Assembly: GCA_963794205.1 (NCBI GenBank)
Contig: CAWCCR010000007.1
Location: 72,498-136,497, forward strand
Direction of reading: 5' to 3'
DNA from: an uncultured Pseudomonadota bacterium
Lineage (GTDB): Bacteria; Pseudomonadota; Gammaproteobacteria; Xanthomonadales; Rhodanobacteraceae
DNA length: 64,000 nucleotides
Positions 21,526-29,368 of the stretch are shown piece by piece; within the stretch, counting starts at the first letter, position 1, and the number at the start of each line of letters is the position of its first letter. Below the pieces are notes generated by a model. It did not search any database. It had not been told where the DNA came from and saw only the letters and a program-made list of their open reading frames with translations. A program made the translations under genes and the position numbers.

Positions 21526-22521
21526 TCAGCCTGCGCGCTGGTACTGCACGGCCAAGGCCGCCGCACCCAGCAAGCCGGCATCGGGATCCATGATCGCGAC
21601 GCTGGGCACGCGGCGCAGGCTCTCGGCGAAGCGGCCCTTGTTCTCGAAACGGGCGCGGAATGTGCCGCGTTGCAGCCACGGCAGCAGCTCCGGCAGCAGG
21701 CCGCCGGCGAGGTACAGCCCGTCCCAGGCGCCGAGTGTCAGCGCCAGGTCTCCGGCGACACTGCCCAGGATCGCCGCGAAGGTCTCCAGCGTGCGCACGC
21801 AGAGCGCATCGTTGCCGGCCGCCGCTGCCGCCGTGATGGCTTCGGGCGACAGGCGCTCGCACTGCGCGCCGGCCAGTTCGCACAACGCCTGGTGCAGGTG
21901 CGGCAGCCCGCTGCCGCTGATCAGGCGCTCGTTGGAGACGCGACCGTAGCGGGCGCGCAGCACGCGCAGGATCTCGATTTCCTCGTCGGTCTGCGGCGCG
22001 AAGGCGACATGTCCGCCCTCGGTTTCGAGCACTTCGAAGTGGCGCATGCGCATGAGCAGGGCACCGACGCCGAGCCCGGTGCCGGGCCCGATCACGGCGT
22101 AGGTCGCCTCCGCCGTTGCGCTGATCGCCGGTAGCGGCGCCGCACCCAGTATCTCGACGGCATCCGGCGCGAGCAGCGGCAGGCAGCGCGACATCGCGGC
22201 GAAATCGTTGACCACGCGCATGGACGCAAGTCCGAGTGCGGCACGCGTGTCCTCGATGCGGATCACCCAGGGATGATTGGTCAGCCGCACCTCGCCGGCG
22301 GTGACCCGGCCCGCGGCGGCGCACACGGCATGACTGACGTCCGCGCCGGTGTCGTCGAGATAGCGGCGCGCGGCGTCGCCAAGGGATGGATAGTCCGCCA
22401 CCCGGTAGCGACGGATACTGTCGCGCACGAGCGGCGTCTCGGCCTGCGCGTCGACGAGGGCGAAGCGGATATTGGTGCCGCCGATATCAGCAACCAGTCC
22501 ACACCCGGCGTCTGCGGTCAC
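21526..22521 (-). CDS. glk: Glucokinase
   Basis: ADIGGTNIRFAL, VNDFAA, GPGTGLG, EGGH, ERLISGSG, FENKGRF. Confidence 0.95.
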   Translation of the reverse strand: MTADAGCGLVADIGGTNIRFALVDAQAETPLVRDSIRRYRVADYPSLGDAARRYLDDTGADVSHAVCAAAGRVTAGEVRLTNHPWVIRIEDTRAALGLASMRVVNDFAAMSRCLPLLAPDAVEILGAAPLPAISATAEATYAVIGPGTGLGVGALLMRMRHFEVLETEGGHVAFAPQTDEEIEILRVLRARYGRVSNERLISGSGLPHLHQALCELAGAQCERLSPEAITAAAAAGNDALCVRTLETFAAILGSVAGDLALTLGAWDGLYLAGGLLPELLPWLQRGTFRARFENKGRFAESLRRVPSVAIMDPDAGLLGAAALAVQYQRAG

Positions 22522-23882
22522 GGCTCAGCATCCAGTCGGCCTCCGTGGGAAGCGATCACCTCAGTATAGAAGCGCGCGCTGTCCTTGGGTGTGCGCTGCT
22601 GGGTCGCGAAATCGACGTGCACCAGACCGAAGCGTTTGGAAAAGCCCAGCGACCATTCGAGGTTGTCGAGCAGCGACCAGGCGAAATAGCCGCGCAAGTC
22701 GACGCCCTGCCGGATGGCTTCATGCACCGCGCGCAGGTGGGTGTGCAGATAATGCACGCGCAGCGGATCCTGCACGCGGCCGCCGTGCGCGGTCGGCGGA
22801 TCGTAGAAGGCCGCGCCGTTCTCGGTGACGTAGAGCGGGATCGCGCCATAGCGCTGGCGCACCCACAGCAGGGTGTCGGTCAGTCCCTGCGGGTAGACCT
22901 CCCAGTCGGTTTCGGTATAGGTCGCGCGCGGCTGCTTGACGCGCGCGGCACGCAGCGGCCATGCGCCGTCGTCGTGGCGGGTGACGCTGCGCGTGTAGTA
23001 GTTCACGCCGAGAAAATCGATCGGCTGGCGGATCAGTTCGAAATCCCGCTCCGGCCAGTGCGGCCACGCCTCGCCGAACACCCCGCGCAGCTCGTCCGGA
23101 TAGCGGCCCAGGAACACCGGGTCGAGGTACTGCCGGTTCATGTAGGCCTCGGCGCGTGCCGTCGCCGCAAGATCGGCCGGGCTTTGCGAAACGGGGTATT
23201 TCGGCTCGAGGTTGACCACCAGGCCGATCTGGTGGCGACCGCTGGTGCGATACGCCTGGACCGCGGCGCCGTGCGCGCGCAGCAGATGATGCGAAGCGAT
23301 GGGTGCTTCGTAGTGGCTGCGGTGGCCCGGTGCCAGCGCGCCGTGCAGATAGCCGCCGTCGGTGACCACCCATGGCTCGTTGAGCGTGGCCCACAGCGGT
23401 ATGCGGTCGTCCAGCGCACGGAAGCAGACGTCGGCGTACTCGGCGAACCAGTTCGCGATGTCGGGGTTGAGCCAGCCGCCGCGATCGTCCAGCGCCGCCG
23501 GCAGATCCCAGTGGAACAACGTGGCCATCGGCTGGATGCCATGCTCCAGCAGTGCGTCCACCAGTCGCTCATAGAAGCCCAGGCCCGCCGCATTGACGGC
23601 GCCGGTGCCGGCAGGCAGCACGCGGCTCCAGTTGATGCTGAAGCGGTAAGCCTTGAGACCCAGTTCGGCCATCAGCCGCACGTCGTCGCGGAAGCGCTGG
23701 TAATGGTCGCAAGCGACATCGCCGGTGTCACCGTTGGACATCATGCCGGGGCTGTGTGCGAAGCGCTGCCAGATGCTGGCGCCCGCACCGTCGGCCAGCG
23801 GCGAGCCCTCGATCTGATAGGCCGATGTCGCGCAGCCCCAGAGAAACCCTTCAGGGAAAGTGAAGGTCTGCTTGCGGTCCAT
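22518..23882 (-). CDS. GH1 beta-glucosidase (cytoplasmic)
   Basis: WGCATSAYQIEG, TLNEP (acid/base), VTENG (nucleophile), WSLLDNLEW. Confidence 0.95.
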   Translation of the reverse strand: MDRKQTFTFPEGFLWGCATSAYQIEGSPLADGAGASIWQRFAHSPGMMSNGDTGDVACDHYQRFRDDVRLMAELGLKAYRFSINWSRVLPAGTGAVNAAGLGFYERLVDALLEHGIQPMATLFHWDLPAALDDRGGWLNPDIANWFAEYADVCFRALDDRIPLWATLNEPWVVTDGGYLHGALAPGHRSHYEAPIASHHLLRAHGAAVQAYRTSGRHQIGLVVNLEPKYPVSQSPADLAATARAEAYMNRQYLDPVFLGRYPDELRGVFGEAWPHWPERDFELIRQPIDFLGVNYYTRSVTRHDDGAWPLRAARVKQPRATYTETDWEVYPQGLTDTLLWVRQRYGAIPLYVTENGAAFYDPPTAHGGRVQDPLRVHYLHTHLRAVHEAIRQGVDLRGYFAWSLLDNLEWSLGFSKRFGLVHVDFATQQRTPKDSARFYTEVIASHGGRLDAEP

Positions 23883-23906
23883 GGATGCCCCTGCGAGGAT
23901 CAAGAT

Positions 23907-23920
23907 TGGAAACGATTACA
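23907..23920. promoter_or_regulatory. Second LacI operator in the divergent GH1 / ABC-ATPase promoter
   Basis: TGGAAACGATTACA, 13/14 identical to the site at 6003-6016. Confidence 0.75.
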
Positions 23921-24014
23921 TGGCAGAATATCAGCAAAATCGCGCGCATCGAACCACCGCGTCGGTCTTGCCGGGAAGATGTGCCGCGCGACATACAGAC
24001 AAGGGGCAGGGCGG

Positions 24015-25136
24015 ATGGCCAGTGTTCGGCTCGACGGGGTACGCAAGGTCTACGATCAGGGGCAGGTGGCGGTTGCCGGCGCCAGCTTCGAGGTGGCTGA
24101 CGGCGAGTTCATGGTGCTGGTCGGGCCGTCCGGTTGCGGCAAGACCACATTGCTGCGGATGATCGCCGGCCTCGAGGCGATCAGCGCGGGGACGCTGCAG
24201 ATCGATGGCCGCACCGTCAACGATCTGCCGCCCAAGGACCGCGACATCGCCATGGTGTTCCAGAACTACGCGCTCTACCCGCACATGAGCGTGGCCGAGA
24301 ACATGGGCTTCGGCCTGCGCTTGCGCGGACTGGCGCGCGACCAGATCGAGCGCCACGTTCGCGAGGCGGCGGCGGTGCTGGAACTGACCGCGGTGCTGGA
24401 ACGCAAGCCGCGCCAGCTCTCCGGCGGCCAGCAGCAGCGCGTCGCCCTCGGCCGCGCGCTGGTGCGCCAGCCGCGGGTATTCCTGCTCGACGAGCCGCTG
24501 TCCAACCTCGACGCCAGGATGCGCATGACCATGCGCACCGAACTGGTGCGCCTGCATCGCCGCCTGCAGGCGACGATGATCTACGTCACCCACGACCAGC
24601 TCGAGGCGATGACCCTCGGGCAGCGCATCGTGGTGATGCGTGGCGGCGAGATCCAGCAGATCGACACGCCGATGCGCATCTACGCGCGGCCCGCCAACCT
24701 GTTCGTGGCCGGGTTCCTCGGCAGTCCGGCGATGAATCTGCTGCGCGGCCGGCTGCAGGTGGATGCTGAGGCCCGGCTGCAACTCGGTGACGATCTGCGG
24801 GTCGCGCTCGGTCCGGCGTGCGACTTCGACGGGCTATGTGCCATCGGTGCCGGGCGCGAGATCGTGCTCGGCCTGCGCCCGGAGGATCTGCACGTGGTCG
24901 CAGACGATGCGAGCGAGGCCGCCGCCTTCGAGGCGCTGGTGGAAGTGATCGAGCCGGTGGGCAGCGAGGCCTATCTTCATCTGCGCATGGGCCCGCACGA
25001 TCTGGTGGCGCGGGTCGCGCCCGACCGGCTGCCGCAACCCGGCCAGCGTCTGCGGCTGGGATTTGCCACCGCCAAGCTGCACGTTTTCGATGCCGTGAGC
25101 GAGCAGCGCATCGGCCTCGATGCGGTCCGGTCCTGA
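24015..25136 (+). CDS. Sugar ABC transporter ATPase (MalK/UgpC family)
   Basis: GPSGCGKT, LSGGQQQRVALGR, LLDEPLSNLD, VTHDQ, TOBE-type C-terminus. Confidence 0.95.
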   Translation: MASVRLDGVRKVYDQGQVAVAGASFEVADGEFMVLVGPSGCGKTTLLRMIAGLEAISAGTLQIDGRTVNDLPPKDRDIAMVFQNYALYPHMSVAENMGFGLRLRGLARDQIERHVREAAAVLELTAVLERKPRQLSGGQQQRVALGRALVRQPRVFLLDEPLSNLDARMRMTMRTELVRLHRRLQATMIYVTHDQLEAMTLGQRIVVMRGGEIQQIDTPMRIYARPANLFVAGFLGSPAMNLLRGRLQVDAEARLQLGDDLRVALGPACDFDGLCAIGAGREIVLGLRPEDLHVVADDASEAAAFEALVEVIEPVGSEAYLHLRMGPHDLVARVAPDRLPQPGQRLRLGFATAKLHVFDAVSEQRIGLDAVRS

Positions 25137-25165
25137 TCGCCGCATCCCTCGCGTCCGAGGTGCCC

Positions 25166-26302
25166 ATGAGCCCGACCCTGTATCGCTCCCGCCGGCAGCC
25201 ACCGGCGCCGCTTCTGCTGCTGCTCCTGCTGGCCGCGCTCTCGGCAGGCCGGGTGACAGCGGCCGACGCCGTCCGGCGCACCGAAACCGGCGTGCTCGAC
25301 GGCGCGGCCTACCGCATCGACGTGCCGGCGCACTGGAACCGGGGTCTGGTCGTTTTCTTCCACGGCTATCAGCTGACTCCGGAACGCTTCGCGTCCGGCC
25401 CGCTGCCAGCGGATCAGCGCATCGTGCTCGCGCGCGGCTACGCGCTGCTCCAGTCCGGCTATCGCGAGGGCGGATGGACACTGGACCAGTCGCTGCACGA
25501 CACCGCGGCGGTCGAGCGTCGCTTCGAGGCACGCTTCGGCAAGCCGCGCGAGACGCTGGCCATGGGCATGTCGATGGGCGGACTGTTGACGGTCAAGGCG
25601 CTCGAGACCGAACCCGCACGCTATGCCGGCGGGCTGGCGCTGTGCGGCGCGATCATGCCGAGCGACCGGCTGCAGCGACGCGCGTTCGCGCAGCTCGCGG
25701 CGCTGGATTACTACGCCCCCGGGCTGCTGGGCAATCCGACCCGGGTGCCCGCGGACTACCGGCCCGACGACGCGGTCACGGCGCGCGTGCGTGCGGCGCT
25801 GCTGCAGAACCCGCGTGCCCTGCGCACGCTGCGCGTGCTGGTCGGCTCCGATGATCCCGGGGTGATTGCCGGGGTGCTGGCCTTCGAGCGCTACCTGGTC
25901 GGGGATATCGAGCGGCGGGCGGGCGGCAATCCCTTTGCGACCGGCAGCTACCTGTATCTGGGCACCGGTGACGATATCGCGCTGAACGCCGGCGTGCGCC
26001 GCTACGCGGCCGATCCTGCGGCGGCACGCTGGCTCGAGCGTCACTACACCCCGAGCGGACGCTTGACCCGGCCGCTGCTCGAGCTGCACACGCTGCACGA
26101 TCCGCTGGTCCACGCCGACGCCGGAGCGGCCTATGCGCTGCTTGCGCAGCGCCAGGGCGACGCCGCCGAATTCGTGCAGCAGTACGTGCCGGTCGCCGGC
26201 CACTGCACCTACGCGCCTGCCGACGTCGCGCGCGCCTTCGACGAATTGCTCGACTGGGTGCACCACGGCCACCGGCCCGCGCCGGGGCCGTTGCCGCAGT
26301 GA
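25166..26302 (+). CDS. Secreted alpha/beta-fold hydrolase (putative esterase)
   Basis: Signal peptide; FFHGY oxyanion region, GMSMGG nucleophile elbow, HDPLV, GHC. Confidence 0.8.
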   Translation: MSPTLYRSRRQPPAPLLLLLLLAALSAGRVTAADAVRRTETGVLDGAAYRIDVPAHWNRGLVVFFHGYQLTPERFASGPLPADQRIVLARGYALLQSGYREGGWTLDQSLHDTAAVERRFEARFGKPRETLAMGMSMGGLLTVKALETEPARYAGGLALCGAIMPSDRLQRRAFAQLAALDYYAPGLLGNPTRVPADYRPDDAVTARVRAALLQNPRALRTLRVLVGSDDPGVIAGVLAFERYLVGDIERRAGGNPFATGSYLYLGTGDDIALNAGVRRYAADPAAARWLERHYTPSGRLTRPLLELHTLHDPLVHADAGAAYALLAQRQGDAAEFVQQYVPVAGHCTYAPADVARAFDELLDWVHHGHRPAPGPLPQ

Positions 26303-26333
26303 TCGCCAGCGGCAACAGCGGAGTTCGCCGGCC

Positions 26334-28742
26334 TCAGGGCCGCCGAGGTGCCGCCGGCCGCAGCGTCATGCGGTAGCGCGCGGGACCCGGCAGCAGCGGT
26401 GTCGGCTCGCCCCTGACCCAGGCCGCAAAGCCGGCGCCGTAGTAGGGCGACAGCGGGTTGTCGCTCTGGCCGCCGGGCATGTGCAGATAGCTGGCGGCCT
26501 CGTGGCCGGGCATGATGCCGAAGCGCTCGGAGGCACCGAAGCTCGGCGCCTGCACGCGCGGCATGTTGTTGTCGCCCGGCAGCTGGACATGCGGCATGTC
26601 GAGGAAGCGCGCCAGCCAGCCGGGCAGGGCGCGCGCCAGGGGCTGGTCGATCGCGGCGGTGTTGCGCCGGCCCCAGGTCTGCGCGGCGAGACCGCCCGGC
26701 CTGGCCGCATCCACGTCCGCCACCTGCAGCGCGCTGGCGGTCAGCAGTGCCTGCCAGTTCGGGTAACGCGGTGCCAGCAGGTGCATCGGCTGCTGCGTCA
26801 CCAGTGCCCAGACCGCGGCTTCGGCATCGCTGCCGGAGGGCCAGGCGAATCCGGGATAGCGGGCTTTCACCACGGCCACGAACGGCGCCAGGGCGTTCTG
26901 ATAGACGGCCGCGCGGAACGCGCGCACCAGACGGTAATCGACGCTGCCCACCGCGGCGCGGCCGCTCCAGGTGGCGGTCAGGTGCTCGAGTTCGGCCAGG
27001 CGCGGGTCGCGATTGCCGGCCAGCGTGTCGCGCAGCAGGCCGTACCAGGGCGTGAGGAAGCGCGCGCGGTCGTCGAGCTGGATCGCCAGCAGGTCGTCGG
27101 GCGCGAAGCGCCGGCGCGCCATCAGGTCGTCGCGCAACTGCTGCGCGCGCGCGCCGAGGTCGTAGCCGCCGTTGCCGACCAGCGCCAGTGCGGCGCCGCC
27201 GACCGTGCGGTTGTTGGCCGTCCACAGCCGGCCCGAAGGCGGGTCGATGATGCGCGGAAACTGCGCCGCCGGCAGCCAGCCGATCCAGCCGGTGCCGGGC
27301 CGCGACCAGTCGCCGGGCACGTCGGGATCGATGCCCTTGCGGATCGGGATGGCGTTGCCGGTCAGCGTCCAGCCGATGTGGCCGGCGCTGTCGCCGACGA
27401 CGAAGTTCTGCGGCGGCATGCCGAAGTCGGGCGCGATCGTCAGCGCGGCGGCGACGCTGCCGGTGTGTTCGAGCTGGAGGATATCGAGGTTGATGCCGCG
27501 CAGATGCTGCGCGGTCCAGTCCAGCGCCAGCGGCGTGCCGTCGAGGTCCTTGCCCATGATCGGGCCCCAGCGGGTGTCCTGCACATCCAGCGTGACCGGG
27601 TTGCCGCCCTTGACCGCGATCGTCTCGCGATGGGTCTGGATCCGCGCCCAGCCGCCGGGTACGCGGTAGCGCAGCGGGTCGGCGGGGTCGCGGATCACGC
27701 GCACCCAGTCCATCCAGTTGCCGTAGCTGTTGGTGAAACCCCAGGCGATGTGGCCGTTGCTGCCGGCGACCAGCGCCGGAGTGCCGGGCAGGGTGACGCC
27801 GTTGAGATCGATCCAGCGGCCCGGGTGACCGGGATCGGGATAGCGCATGCGCGCGCGGAACCAGATGTCGGGCACGCGCAGGGTCAGATGCATGTCGTCG
27901 GCGACGATCGCGGCGCCGCTGGCGGTGAGCCGTCCGGCGACCGCCATGTTGTTGCTGCCGGGGAGCGGCGCCGGCAGCGAAACCGCGGCCATGCGCGCCG
28001 CGGCCGGCATCCGGCGCAGGTCGTACACCGCAGCGTTCGGAATCGCCACCGCGGTACTGACGCTGCCGTCGAGCGCCGCTTCCCAGCGACCGTCGGGCTG
28101 CAGCAGGAAATCAGCCAGCGGACGCGGCAACGCGCCGCGCAGCTCCGCGATCCGCAGTGCGCGCGGATCGCTGCCGTCGGCGCTGAGGTCGAAGTACATC
28201 GCGTCGATCGCGAGGATCGTGTCCTCGGGCCGCCATGGCTGCGGATGCGCGCGCAGCAGCAGGTATTCCCATGGCCGCACGTCGAGCGCATTGAGGCCGG
28301 CGTTGACCCCGCGCGCATAGGCGTCCATCAGGGCGCGCTCGCCAGGCCGCATATTGGCGTAGAGGCGTTCAGCCTGCGCGCGGAAGCGATGCCGGCGATG
28401 ATTCTCGTCACGCGCCAGCGCCGCCGGGCCGACCAGCGCCGCCAGTTCGCCGGCGGCATCGCGGCGCATCAGGTCCATCTGGAAAAAACGTTCCTGACCA
28501 TGCACGAAGCCCAGTGCAAAGGCGAGATCGGCGCGGTTTTGCGCGGTCAGGCTGACCACGCCATCGCGATCACGGGTCACCGTCACCGGCGCCGCCAGTC
28601 CGCGCAGCGTCACGGTGCCGTCCAGGCGCGGCCGGCTGCCGGCCAGCAGCAGCCAGGCCATGGCCAGGGCAGCTGCCAGCAGAATCGGCGTCAGCGACAC
28701 CAGGGCATACAGTACGCGGCGCAGGCGCGGCAGCGGGTGCAT
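26334..28742 (-). CDS. Penicillin acylase / Ntn-hydrolase (S45) family
   Basis: N-terminal TM, GFVHGQERFFQMDL, beta-subunit start GSNN, DMHL, WGFTN, PGGQSDNP. Confidence 0.92.
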   Translation of the reverse strand: MHPLPRLRRVLYALVSLTPILLAAALAMAWLLLAGSRPRLDGTVTLRGLAAPVTVTRDRDGVVSLTAQNRADLAFALGFVHGQERFFQMDLMRRDAAGELAALVGPAALARDENHRRHRFRAQAERLYANMRPGERALMDAYARGVNAGLNALDVRPWEYLLLRAHPQPWRPEDTILAIDAMYFDLSADGSDPRALRIAELRGALPRPLADFLLQPDGRWEAALDGSVSTAVAIPNAAVYDLRRMPAAARMAAVSLPAPLPGSNNMAVAGRLTASGAAIVADDMHLTLRVPDIWFRARMRYPDPGHPGRWIDLNGVTLPGTPALVAGSNGHIAWGFTNSYGNWMDWVRVIRDPADPLRYRVPGGWARIQTHRETIAVKGGNPVTLDVQDTRWGPIMGKDLDGTPLALDWTAQHLRGINLDILQLEHTGSVAAALTIAPDFGMPPQNFVVGDSAGHIGWTLTGNAIPIRKGIDPDVPGDWSRPGTGWIGWLPAAQFPRIIDPPSGRLWTANNRTVGGAALALVGNGGYDLGARAQQLRDDLMARRRFAPDDLLAIQLDDRARFLTPWYGLLRDTLAGNRDPRLAELEHLTATWSGRAAVGSVDYRLVRAFRAAVYQNALAPFVAVVKARYPGFAWPSGSDAEAAVWALVTQQPMHLLAPRYPNWQALLTASALQVADVDAARPGGLAAQTWGRRNTAAIDQPLARALPGWLARFLDMPHVQLPGDNNMPRVQAPSFGASERFGIMPGHEAASYLHMPGGQSDNPLSPYYGAGFAAWVRGEPTPLLPGPARYRMTLRPAAPRRP

Positions 28743-28888
28743 CGGCGGGACCTGCATGGCGCGTGGGTTCCGGACGATCGGCAACGGAATGGCGCATGAT
28801 CTCCGAAATCCTGCGCCTGCGCGATGATGATCGCCGGAGCGGCGCAACGCCCCGTGAGGATGCATCGATGCCGAAATGTCTTGCTGGT

Positions 28889-29293
28889 ATGCGGACTGTG
28901 CGCTGCGGCCGCGGGTTCGCCGCCCTGCTGACGATCATGCTGTGTGGCTGCGCGGGTGCGGCGCCCGCGATCCCGCCGGCGGGCAGCGCCGGGCGGATCG
29001 CGCCCGCGCTGGTCATCGCCGCGCAACGACTGGCGGCGGGTGCGCCGCTGAGCGACTACGCGCAGGGACCCGTGCGTGCCGACGCGCACGGCCGCCTGCA
29101 GGTCTATGTGTCGGTTGATGCCGTCACGCCGGAGCATACGCAGGCGCTGCGCAACGCCGGGCTCGCCGGCGCGGAGCCCAGTGCGGCGATGGGGCTGGTG
29201 CAGGGCTGGGTGTCGCCAGGGCAGTTGCGCGATCTCGCCGCGCTGCCCTTCGTGACGCGCATCGCGCCGCCGCGCTACGCCCGCGCCCGCTGA
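28889..29293 (+). CDS. Small lipoprotein consisting of a subtilase-propeptide-like domain
   Basis: Lipobox LCGC; clear similarity to the prodomain of the adjacent subtilase (LAALPFVTRIAPPRYA vs LAALPQVTRITLPRYA). Confidence 0.75.
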   Translation: MRTVRCGRGFAALLTIMLCGCAGAAPAIPPAGSAGRIAPALVIAAQRLAAGAPLSDYAQGPVRADAHGRLQVYVSVDAVTPEHTQALRNAGLAGAEPSAAMGLVQGWVSPGQLRDLAALPFVTRIAPPRYARAR

Positions 29294-29317
29294 GTGTCGC
29301 GCTCCACGCGTCGATAG

Positions 29318-29346
29318 AAAAGGCGCCGGTCCTCCGGCGCCTTTTT
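29318..29346. terminator. Bidirectional intrinsic terminator
   Basis: AAAAGGCGCCGG-tcct-CCGGCGCCTTTTT between convergent genes. Confidence 0.85.
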
Positions 29347-29368
29347 CGGAACCACGTGGCGATCGCGG

